Assembly: GCA_018398765.1 (NCBI GenBank)
Contig: JAHBMJ010000487.1
Coordinates: 1 to 46,411, forward strand
DNA: 46,411 bases
Source of the DNA: Chromera velia
Lineage: Eukaryota
Direction: 5' to 3'
The translations under genes were made by a program, and so were the position numbers. The notes under the pieces were generated by a model. That model did not search any database, was not told where the DNA came from, and saw nothing but the letters and a program-made list of their open reading frames with translations. Positions 24,058 to 35,500 of the stretch are shown here, in pieces; the first letter of the stretch is position 1, and each line of letters opens with the position of its first letter.

Positions 24058-25904
24058 GACGGACCATTTTGAGGTCGCGGTGCGTCCTCCCTTTTCGAAG
24101 GTATGTCTGGACACTGAGAAGGACCTGCTTCATGACATTCTTGGAGAGGGGGAGGGGAAGGGTGGTCCTTCCGTGAACTGCGATGTACGAGTCCAGGTAC
24201 TCGTCCAGGTTCCTATGGGGAGCGAGTTCTATCATGATGCAGTGCATCCTATGAGACCTTACGGTCTCCTGAAAGGAGAAGGACTCGACGTACTACATGA
24301 TGTGGGGCTCATCCAGACCAGCCTTGAGGGCCTCCACCTCCGTCTCTGCCGAGACGTTCGCGCCCTTGCTGGCCCCCCCTATGCGAGTTGGACTCGCTCT
24401 CGTCGTCCGAGTCCCTTTCCTCTTCTTTGACCCTTCCTAGCTGCGCTCCCTCTTCGATATCATCGTTTTCACTTCCTCTTCGCACATCGCTTCGTCTTCT
24501 TTGAGGTGTTCGAGGTCGCCCAAGAGGTCCTCCTGGGAGGCGCTGACGTTGTGTGACTGTTGCTGAGGTGCCCCTTCCATCACTTCGTCATTGTCCTGGG
24601 TTGGCTGCCCCTGAGACTGTTCCGGTGGGTTGCTTCTTTCGTCCTTCATCGCTTATCTGACATCTGTGGCCAGATCTATGACCACCTCCACGAACGAGAA
24701 GCCTCTGCTTCCGATCTGCTCCCCCTGGATGTATGTCTTCTTGTTGAGCAAGTTGATCAGAGCCCGATTCCATGAAGGGAAAGAATCAGCTCCTGTGCTC
24801 CTGGTGCGTCCCGGATACCTTTAGCTTCTGGGCTTTGAAGTGATCTCTCATCGCTGCATCCAGTTGCTCATCGTTCAGGCGTGTCGCGTTCCACTCGCCC
24901 ATCATGTTGACGATGCTGGTGGCCCTCTTCTCCCGGAAGAGGAGATTGTCGGAGAGGACAACGCAAAAGATGCAGCCTAGAGAGAAGACCTGGGCCTGCG
25001 CACTGTAATGCGGCTTTGGAGCGCCGCCCGTTCGCAGGACTTCCGGGTGCTTGGTACTGCGACAGTCAGACACAGGTAGGCAGTCAGACAGCAGGCCAGA
25101 AGGGCAAGAAGCGCGCATATAAATCCCCACCCCAGAACGAAAAGGTTTTAAATGCAAGCTTGGCAGCCCAGACACAAAAACAGGAGCAGAGAGTCGTCCA
25201 GCAAAGCATCCGAAATGTAAAAAAATGGGCACCAAAGAAACAATACTCTTGACCACACACGACAAAAACGTTCATGCAGAGCCAAATCTGGCCGTCAAAA
25301 AAGAGTGTTTATATCGCGTACATCAAATTTGAAGCTCTGATATTCCACCAGTGCAGCCTACTTGAACGATCACATAGCATCTGACAACAAAATGAAAAGT
25401 GGACACGCACAATAGCCTGAAGTCTTAGGTCATTGCTGACTCACCCCCCTGGTTCCTCGCCGCGTTTGCTCCTCGGTGAAGACCGCCCCTGCAGCCCCAA
25501 AGTCGATGAGCTTAATCAAGGGGTTGTCAAGATCTCTAAAGATAACAATGTTCGCCTGCATAACACATGTATGAATAAAAAAACAATTTAAAAAATAAGA
25601 GTTCAGTACACGCTTCTAGACAGCAGCCCAAGATGAGGGCACACACACACGCACACAGGCATAAAGAAATAGAGAGAGGCACGAAGATATTAGGTAGATG
25701 AAGAGACTGACTGCCAGGCTCGACATCACCTCTTTTCTTTCCTCCCTTTCTTCATGTGTTCAATAGTGAAAGAGGCCAGAAAGGGTCAAAGACAAAAGAA
25801 CAAACTTCTCAGACAATATGCATAGAGGGTCTGAAATGTGCAGACTAAAGAGACTAAAGACTGACTGACAGATGTGGATAAATGCACCCATATTTACTGC
25901 ATTA

Positions 25905-25944
<40 letters not shown>

Positions 25945-27159
25945 CAGACAGTGTGGGCCTCTCAGCAAACCACCCAGCTCTCCTTTGCTCTTCAGCAGAG
26001 GTGAGACACCATATGAACTTCAAGACATCATTCAATCGTTGGACTGACATACTATTTCAAAGGTCCCAGTATGTTTTTCCTCTTCCAGTGAACGCCTTCA
26101 CTTCGAGTAAGCAACAATATTTTTCCTGGACCGATCCATGAAAAATATTCTTGCTTTGTTGCAGAGAGGGGGGTAGGAGAGAGGTCCTGCCGAGCAGTGC
26201 CATGTGCGAGTCCAGGTACTCGTCCAGGTTCCCATAGGGAGCGAGCTGCTCACTCTACAACCTCCTCAGTCTTCTGACCTGAGGGTCAACTTCCTGACTG
26301 TTTGGGATAAATTCCATCGCCTTGTCAACACATTCTTCCTATCCTCTGGTAACGCACAATGTCCAGCATTCTGAAGATGGTACAAGCAGGGGGGGAATCA
26401 AAAGGAAGCTGAAATGCAGAATGGAGAAACAGTAACTTCGAAGAAAAAAGAGAAGCTGAAATCAAAAACAGAAGAATGACAAGAAAAGAGAATGCAGCTC
26501 TACAACCGATGGTGAAAAACATCCTGAAAGAATATTAACTTTTTTTTTCTCATTCATCGAAACTGATGAGATAATGAGGCTTACTCTCTACGCCAACTAT
26601 ATGGAGACAAGTCAGGACTGAAAACTGAGAGGGGGAGTTACTGTGGACATGGATGCCGTTTTAGTATACAAAGGCATGCATATATGCCATGTAGGGCACA
26701 TACTTAGAGGTGCTTTGTTCGTGTACTATTTGAGATTAGTATTTGAGAGAAATTTTTTTCTGGGATGTCTGGAGGGCAATAAATTCGGTTCATGAAATCG
26801 ACTCACAGTCATATGTTGTTTCTATCATGATGCGGTGCATTGTATATAAAGGACTCGATGTACTTTACGGTGTGATCTTCTCCCAGATCGGCCTTCAGGG
26901 CCCCCACTTCTGACTCTGCTGTCAGTGAGACCTTCGCGTCTTTACCGCCCCCCCTGATGACCTTCATCGCGTACCTCAGGCTGTGATCACCTGCACTGGC
27001 AAGAACCCTGATCTCCGGTTGGATACACATGCACCTTTTTATTGATCGACCGGGTTCAAACTTGACTAGAGCCCAACTCCACAGGGGGAAGGGATCTTTA
27101 GCAGCGAACGGAACCAGCAGTAGAAGCCCCAGGAGTGGCAACAGAAGGAAAAAGATCAC
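24058..27159 (-). pseudogene. Ser/Thr protein kinase pseudogene with two tandem, mutually similar kinase domains
   Basis: Domain 1: YAMKVI..AESEVGALKADLG..KYIESF (about 26975-26850); LAPYGNLDEYLDS (from 26245); exon ANIVIF..LIKLIDFGAAG..GTRG (about 25555-25445); YQAP/EVLR..VFSLGCIF with a +1 frameshift at about 25046. Domain 2: YIQGEQIGSRGFSFVEV..R*AMK (stop at 24653-24655), further stops at 24437 and 24293, then AETEVEALKAGL..IELAPHRNLDEYLDS..HRDLK (about 24070). Confidence 0.85.
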
Positions 27160-27455
27160 TCAGGCTCGACCTTCCATAAAATGCAATACCATCTATATAC
27201 GTAGTAGCTGTATAGTGCCTGCCCCGAACTCACACAGGGCGACCGAGAGGGGCTGGAGAGGCGATTATGCGCCTCATGGCCAAGGCTATGGGCCAGCATT
27301 ACACGAGTCCGAAAGTAGAGAGTGAGTATATATATGTCTCTGCTTTTTCATGCATCGCTGGCGAGCAACACCAAATAAAACAGTCTGAGAATCAGCACAT
27401 GACTCGATCTGTCTTTACACATTCTTTACGTACACCATCGTACACCCATTTTTTT

Positions 27456-27627
27456 ATTGCCCCTGCCACCCTATTTATGACGTCCCCAAACTTTGTGGTG
27501 GCGGTAGGCAAATTAAATGTGGGGGACGGGGGGGACGTCCCCCGACGTGGCGGTGGTGGCGGCCGGCCAGGGTCCGCTTGGAAGGGATACGCACGGTCCG
27601 CTTTCCTGGACCGATGTCAGGGGCGAT
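27456..27627. repeat. Copy 1 (172 bp, internally deleted) of a GC-rich dispersed element with terminal inverted repeats
   Basis: Near-identical to 28823-29041 apart from a 47-bp deletion. Ends are attgcccctg ... caggggcgat. Confidence 0.85.
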
Positions 27628-27967
27628 GGCAGACAGGCAGGCAGCGGCAAACAGGCAGACAGACAAGAAAGAGAGCAGACGATGGTAGGCGGAAAGAAAG
27701 AGAGACAGACAGACAGACACATACTTAGAACACAAACACACACTCTCATGTAAACTGATAAAAACAGAGGGGCATTCACAAAGACAGACCGCCATAGACA
27801 CTCTCAGAGTGAAGTGCGCGTGCATATAAGCAGACACATGCAGAAGTGTACATGAAATTCACGTTCTCTAAGGTTTCTCCTAGATCAAAATATTCAAATG
27901 CCTGCAAACACATACGGGAACATACATTGTGGTCACACGCACATACCTATGTATACACACACAATTT

Positions 27968-27998
<31 letters not shown>

Positions 27999-28024
27999 AT
28001 ACATACACACACACACACACACAT

Positions 28025-28059
<35 letters not shown>

Positions 28060-28100
28060 CTCACTCACTCACTCACTTACTCACGTACTCAGTCACTCAC
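27968..28100. repeat. (CA)n/(TA)n/(CACT)n microsatellite
   Basis: Directly visible in the sequence. Confidence 0.95.
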
Positions 28101-28822
28101 GCAAAGAAAGGAGCTGAAGCGAGCTGAAGAGAGAGATAGGGAGACAGACGCAGACATCTATACCGATTTATACAGTTATACACAATGTGCATACACGCCG
28201 TGCAATCGGTCTATATGGGAGGGTGCACACATTCGAGAAGATACACCTGTTTGCCTCCCCACTCACTTATACGTAGGCACACAGGCCATACACACAGATC
28301 ATGATATTTTTATTTTAGAAAAAGAATGAAAAAAGCCAGATCGCAGACCGTTGTTTTGATCCTCCCTGCTCAGAGATAAAGCAACACATAAAAAAAAGTG
28401 TACAAAAAGGCGACCTTTCGAGGATCTAACTGTCGGAACTCGTTTAAAAAAATATAGAGACTACAGAACAATACAGCTTTGAATGAATGGATGGCTGAAA
28501 ATCTTTTCTCTGTGACGTCCAAGAAGCTTTCTGAAGTCTCATATTTTCGTGTATATTCAGGCCTCTGTTACCCACTGTTGCTTCTTTCTTCTTTAAATTT
28601 GCAATCTCTTCCCTCGCACCTTCTACATATACACGATGGAAAGTCACACCAAAACAGCACATCTTCACAGACTTACATTCAGATCCCGGCTCCGTTCTCC
28701 AGCTGTCTTCTCTGTATTTGAAACGTATGACCTGCACACATATACAGCAGAACACATTAGCATGCATTGATCAATCCATGCATGCGTGAATTTGGATGCA
28801 CCATGCACTTGGTCAGCCCGAC

Positions 28823-29041
28823 ATCGCCCCTGCCACCCTATTTGTGACGTCCTCAAACTTCGTAGTGGCGGTAGACAAATTAAATGTGGGGGACGGGGGG
28901 GATGTCCCCCGACGTGGCGGTGGTGGCGGCCGGCCGATCAACTACCGTCACGCAGGTTCACATAAGGCGGCGGCGGTGGCCGAGGGTCCGCTTGGAAGGG
29001 ATATGCACGGTCCCCTTTCCTGGACCGATGTCAGGGGCGAT
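28823..29041. repeat. Copy 2 (219 bp) of the GC-rich element with a 10-bp terminal inverted repeat and internal hairpins
   Basis: Termini ATCGCCCCTG ... CAGGGGCGAT. Internal hairpins GGGGGAC..GTCCCCC and CGGTCC..GGACCG. Followed by T6 at 29043-29048. Confidence 0.85.
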
Positions 29042-29588
29042 ATTTTTTCCGAGCGTGGCGGCGCCAACTCTCCGCAGTGGACCCTCGCGCGGCGCCGCGT
29101 GCGCGCTCGATCGCGCGCATGCATGCATGCGGCGCGCCGGATATATATAGGGGATACCCCCGCATGAGCCCGCAATGCAGTCAATCTGATCTGCATGCGT
29201 GGACGTCGCCGTCACGTCGGACATTTGATCAAGCCAAAGCCGAAGCTTGTGTACAGTGACGGCCTTTGTAAAGAGCACAGAATGAGTCAACGTTACCAAT
29301 TTCTGGTCAAGACCTACACTGCTTGGCGGTCTTCCGCAGAGTCACAGCACGGAGACGTTCTAGAGGATGGGTGTTGTTCATCTGAGACAGTCTTCTCCAA
29401 TGCTGTGACAGTGCTGTAGGGTGTCGCAGAAACAGGCAAACATGAACCGGGTTTAGCAAACTCGACGGTAGGAGAGAGTACAGCAGAGCTTCGAGATCTT
29501 GACAGTCCCGCTGCGGGGCAAAACATACCTGTCAATCACATCTGTACCTGCAACAGAAAAGAAGCACAGCGTGCAAACAAAAAACAAC

Positions 29589-32500
29589 ATGCCTAGATCT
29601 TCCAACTGTTGCACCTGCAAGATCTGTGGGAATACGTACTTCCTGCACTCTTTCGCTTTCCACTACAAGAGTTGCTTCAAGAATTTCAAAGAGACACACT
29701 CGCCCTGTGACTCCTGTGGCCGCCTTGTTCCCAACAACATCATGACTGAGCACCTCAGTTCGTGTGACGCAACACCCGAAGAGAGGAAACAGAATCAGAA
29801 AAACACAGAGACTTGGCTTGCCAGCGCACAGCCGGAACGACTTGGTCAGTCCAAATCGCTTGTCTTCGCCCGAATTTATTCCCATTGCCAGCATGAAGGT
29901 CCCACTTTGTGTTCTTCCTCCTTCTCTGTTCCTCAATCCTGCAGACAACACACGGGAGGAGACAAAGGGTCGACAAACAAAAGCACCTAAAGGACGCCCT
30001 CAAAGTGCACCCCCACAGCGCCTCGGGAGAACTCGAAGAGAAGCTGTGCCCGTCAATTCCGAGCACACAAAGGACTCCAGAAGCCTCGCGGACAGCAAAC
30101 CAAACAACACTCAAGCATACTCGCCTACAGAGACTGAGGATGACACTCGCTTGTATTGCGAGAGCGGGGACCAAATCCTCCAGGAGAGGAATGAGAGTTG
30201 CTCAGTTCGTGTGAAAGGTACTGAGAAACACAACCAAGCCAATAGACAGAAAGAGACAGAGGCCAAGCGGCAGGAGGGCGTGTCGTCTTCCCCCCTCCCC
30301 TCGGGACTTCCAGGAAAAGTTATGGTCCTCATGCAGATGCTCTCATTCGAGACAAAACAAGAGGTTGGCAGACAGGCAGACAGAAAGGGAGAAAGGAAGG
30401 AATAAGCAGAGAAAGGAGGGGGGNGGGGGGGGGGGGTGAGAGGACTCACTCGACGAGTGAGTGAGTTTGTCAGCAGACATAAAAGAAAAGACAGGTTGAT
30501 GCGTTTGTAAACAGAGAGCTCTTCTTCTTGAACAGCCCTGCTGCCTGGCCGTCTGATTCGTTCATTCCTTTGTTCCTTCAGCCCCTCACCTGTTTAAGGG
30601 TCGACAATGTTCCGAACATTTTACCCACACAAAGACAAAAACTCTGTTCTGCTGCCCGTTCGTCTTATGATTCCCCTTCTGTGTTCTCTGCAGCCTGAGG
30701 CCTTCGCGAAATGCAGAGAGAAGCTGGGGCTGATCCTCTCGAATGCCTGCTGGAAGAGGGACCAGAGGTGCGTGCGTCAGTGAGGATGTGGCTGTCGGAA
30801 TGTGTGTGTGTGTANNNGGGGGGGGGGGGAGAGAAAGAGAAACTGGCTGACTGACATACTGGCTCACTGGTTGAGTGACTGACTGACTGGCCCACTAGAC
30901 GCCCACAAAATCCATCCTCTGGCAAGTGCTCGTCTCCCCTCTGTGTGCAGATTCCTGCGGCTCAGAGAAAGCAACAAGGCATTCCACGCCAATGTGGGAA
31001 GATGGGAGGTCTGTCTGTGTGGCTGGTCTATCACCATATCCCTTTTTCCTAGGAACAAGAAAGAACGCACTGACGCAGGGGAGCGGTCTTCAAATGTTGC
31101 AGAATGTGCGATGTATTTCCACGGCATTCTACTTACGAAAAAAACATAAACGATTTCAATGAAAGTAATTGGTTTTCTGGCCGATCAATCTTCACATTCT
31201 CTCCGCTCATTGGAATTCTTTTGCAGAGCGCTGTTGCTGTCTTGGAGCTGTGCGGATTCGAAAGGGGGGAACTGGTGCGTTTTTTTTTTTTTTCGTTTCT
31301 TCTTCCTTCTGCTCTTCTTCTTCTTCTTCTTCTTCTTCTTCTTCTTCTTCTCCCTCCTTTTGCTCTTCCTCTTTATGCCTTCAGTTTCTATCTGTCCACC
31401 TCTTCTTCTTGTGTCTTTTCTTTTCTTCTTTTTGTGTGAGGAAGACATGCTGGTGTGGGAGAAAACGTCCTGTCTCTGTCCGCATCCCTTTCTTTCGAAA
31501 GGAGTTGGTAAGGCGAAGGCAAGGAAAGTCTCTTTTCGCCTCATTCATTCCTTAGTGCTTCACTTTGGCAAAACACACTTGTTTCTCGGTCTTCTCTGGT
31601 GTTTTTCCTCTTCAACGTGTCTTTCTGTTTCCCGTCCCGCTTGTGATGCTCTTCCTCGACATTCATGAGAACTGAAAGTCAATGAGAGCAGTCTCTTGGT
31701 TTAGACTCTTAGGTGCATCGATGTGCATTCGTGGTTTTTTTGTGACAGGCAAAAGGACCTTCGCTGGAAGACAAAAGATCCGAAATACGAAGATTTACAA
31801 AGGTGTTGACACTGTGTATCAAGAGGTAAGTTTGTGTTCCCCATTGTCCCTTGCCCTTTCCCGACTTTGCAGGAAGGTCCTGACGGCGGTGTCTTCCTCC
31901 TTTTGGATGACTACCTCTCTCCAGACACCCTCTCGGAGGTCCTCCCTGTCATCCAGATGGAAGACCCGGCAGGGGCCCTCGCGTCTTCTTCTTCTAGCAA
32001 TCTGACGGAGACGGGGGCCATAGGGGAGGGAGAGACCCAGATGGCAAAACAGCAACTTGGACAGGGACACTTTGAAAGAGAGGCCCCAAGAAAGGCCCTG
32101 TACACAGAGGAGGATGAGGAGGATTATGGAGAGACGGAGATGGAAACAAGCAACAAAGTGCCAAAGGAAGAGGGAGAAGGAGGGGGTGGAGACGAAGTTG
32201 GGCTGTTCCCCTGCAAGGTGTGCAAAAGAAGATTCGGACCCGGTGAGCAGAGTCGGTGCAAAAAGGTAAAAGCATTCTCTTTTTCATTGAGTCTTGTTGT
32301 GAAATCTCAAGTGATTTCCACACTCCAAGTTGTGTCTGGTGCCTTTCGCTCTTTTCTTTGTGAAGTGTCATCTAAAGGCGAGATTCCTTTCAAGAGCGAT
32401 CTCATACCACAATATCCTTTCAGATGCGCCAAGCAGCCTTCTTTTCCCCCCCCCACCGTCTTCACACTTCCTAGAACGCACCCAGTTGCAGTCCGTCTGC

Positions 32501-35500
32501 CTCAAGGCGTCGCACAAACGTCCACTGAGACACCAGAACCGATGCAAGTAAAGTCTCTTCGAAACGGCATTTGTGTGTCCCGACTGAATGCGTGGGTGCA
32601 GTGTCCCTCTTTGAGCACGAACGCCACTGCGGTCTCTCCATTGCTGGCAAGAAGGTGGGTGCTGAGGAATGCGGCGTGTCCGGTTTTGTTTTTCTTCTGG
32701 GGATGTTTCTGCTGCTCTGGTCTGTGAATTGCGGAGAAAGGAGAAAGTGGCTGACAGCCAAGCGAGGTCACATGCTCCGACGGACTCTGTTTTACTGCGT
32801 TAACAGCGCCGTTCGCTCCCTTACCTGCTTGGGGGCAGTTGTCAGCTCTACGCTTTATAAGCTCAATGTGGCCTCATTGATTTGCAAGACACCAACAGAC
32901 CCCTTCCGGTTGCCTTCATTGTATTTGCTGTAGTAAACGATATATGCACAGAAGGACAACCGATCGTTTTTCTTCTAACTGTCTATTTTGCAGTTCAATT
33001 TCGCCCAGCACTACCTGAGAGGGACCGTCCTCGAAGGGAAGGCAAAGGAGATAGGGGAGATGATGGAAGAAGGAAGATGGAAGGTCAGAAGGCCCACGGG
33101 GATGGGGACAGTGACTGGACTCTTCAGGATTGACCCCTGTGTCCCCCCTGTCTTCAAATTTGGTGCTAAGTAGGGTCTCCCTTCTCTGTTGCATCTGCTT
33201 TCTCCAGTTGGAGGATGATGAGCCTGTGTCGGTCACTGCTCTTCACAATGTGTTGAGAATATTCCCTCTTCTGATTTGATGGTAAGTCTCTCATCCTCTT
33301 TTTTCTTCACTCTCTCTGCACACAACTGTCTCAAAAGCATAGTCCGATTCCTGATTTGTCTACCCCGTCTCTTTTTGATGGATGCAGGAAAAGTTCTTCT
33401 CCCACAGCAGGAGGAGTCCATCACCCGACGTTTGTCCTTCCGCTGTCACCCCTGTGCTCAAACACAGAGATCTGCCTCCTCGCCCTGCCTCTGCTCCCAC
33501 TCGCCCTCCGCGAAGACATCTGAAAAGTCGCATCACAGATGAGGATGGATGGGAAGAAGGAGGGGTGTCCCGAATAGGGGAGGCGGAGGTTCGTCGCATG
33601 GCTGTTCGAAGGGCCCAGACCCATCTAGAGGACGGCAGGGTGCGGCGGCGCCTCTTCTCCCGTGAGAAGACTGCTGTCCGTCTCTCCCAGCAGGCAGAGA
33701 AGAGGGAAGAATCAAAAGCTGCCGCTTCAGGGGGGAGATTTCGTTGCTTTCAGGCGGAAGCAAGGGCATTGAGGCAGTCAGAAAAGTCCCCCCCCCCTTG
33801 CCACCGTGTGAAAGACTTACCCAGAACATTGGACGGGGAGACTTTGGGAGAAGAGATCAGCAGAGCCTCACCCACGGGTCTCCATGTGCAGAAAAATGAA
33901 AGCCAACTCTCTGTCGCTCCCCCCCAACCAAGTCGCTCACCACAGCCACACCCAGACTCTTCTGCCCCCTCTCCCCAATTAGAGTCGACTCTCGAGGAAG
34001 AAGAATTGAAGTCGAAAGTCCTCAGAGGTCCCCCACAAGAAGGGCTGGCTCCTTCAGATACACGACAGCCCACTTCCACGACTGTGTGCCCAATAGACGC
34101 GCATGAAGAAGGAAAGGAAAGGGAAGGAAATTTGGAAGCTGAGGGCCTACAGGGTCCACACCTCCCTGTGCAATCGTCAGCTGTCACATTACCCCGACAG
34201 AGGGACGACGACAAATTGTTCAGTGCAGCAGAAATGCAGCAACAGGCAAAAGAAGCATACAGGGAGACAGATACTGAGAGGAAACCCTTCGCTATGTCGT
34301 CTCCACAAGAGGAGAAAGCGAGGGAGTCGGGAGAGAAAGCAGCAGAGAAGGAAGAGGGGGAGTTCTATGATGACGATGAGTTTGACGCAGACGAAGAAGA
34401 AGGCAACGAAGCAATGACCGAGAGGCAAGCGGTGGACACAGTTTGTTTGGGCAACGCGGAAGCAAAGCCACTGGCAAGAGAAAGATACTCTCCCAGCTCA
34501 TCAGATAGCAAACCTCCGGACTCCCTCTTTCCCCCTCAGCCGTTTCCGACGGGCTCCTTTTCGAACACTGTCACCTCAATTCACCCAGAGGCTTCCTCTT
34601 CAATTGCAGACCTCTCAAAAGCAGAAGCAGAAGACACGAGGTGCAACCAACAGAACGATGCTGCGGTACTGTCTTCGCATTTTCCCGACAACCACCCCCC
34701 TGCCTCTGTATCCCCGTCCCCAGGCAGCCGCTTGAACCCTTCCTTGCCTGCCCCCACTCCCATTGCCCTCTGTGGATTTCTCGAGAGGCAGCGCAGGGCG
34801 TGGGCAGAGGCAGAGAAGGCCCTTGCAAAAGCAGAGAAAGAGAGCGCACAAAAGGAGCAGATGGAAAGAGAAAGTACCCTAAAAGAGGAGACGGTGAAGC
34901 GAGGCACGCAGACGGAGCTTCAACCAGCAAACCGTCCAGTTGTGGAGAAGGAAAAAGAACCTTCCCACTTGAACCCCCCTGGAGCCCATGCAGGACACTT
35001 ATCAGATGAGGATGGAGGTGCCGATTCAGACTCGGCCTCTGTGAGCGCGAGTGCAAGCTCAAAGGGCACACGCTCAATGCCGTCTCGTTCCCCGGCAGTG
35101 TCGATGAGTTTCTGGGACATCCCCCCCTTGGACGACGGAGGGGACTCACACGCCCTCGCAGCCCTTCCCTCTCCCTCCCCCCCCTCCACCCCCTTCCGAA
35201 GTCTCACTCAGCATTCCAGTAGAGTGCCCAAAGCAGTAGAAGTTCTCTTGGAAAGAGACTCGGAAGACATCCCCATGGACGCAGAACGAATCAGAAGGGC
35301 GTTAGGAATTGTACAGGCACCAAAGACACAGAACAGAGACAGACACTGGAACGATCGAAAAACAACAGGAGACAAAGACAGAGAGTCTCATCAAGAGTTC
35401 CCGAAAAGTTTCCCCCGCCGTCCCCCCACTCCCTCTCGGACAGAGAGACCAGACGACAGAACCCCGTCCTCCAGTGCACACAGACACACAAACACAAACA

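Noticed and set aside
24293..24655. Stop-codon reassignment or readthrough in the kinase region
   Set aside because: The stops co-occur with frameshifts and an insertion, and the intact genes contain no in-frame stops. Pseudogenisation explains it more simply.
27456..29041. LTR retroelement (TRIM) with the two repeats as LTRs
   Set aside because: There are no TG..CA ends, PBS, PPT or TSD, and the interior is microsatellite and unrelated sequence.
32475..32547. Alternative exon ending in HQNRC to complete the third zinc finger
   Set aside because: Its spacing is wrong and its phase is incompatible with the next exon. Exon 32602-32654 gives an exact C-x2-C-x11-H-x3-C in the correct phase.
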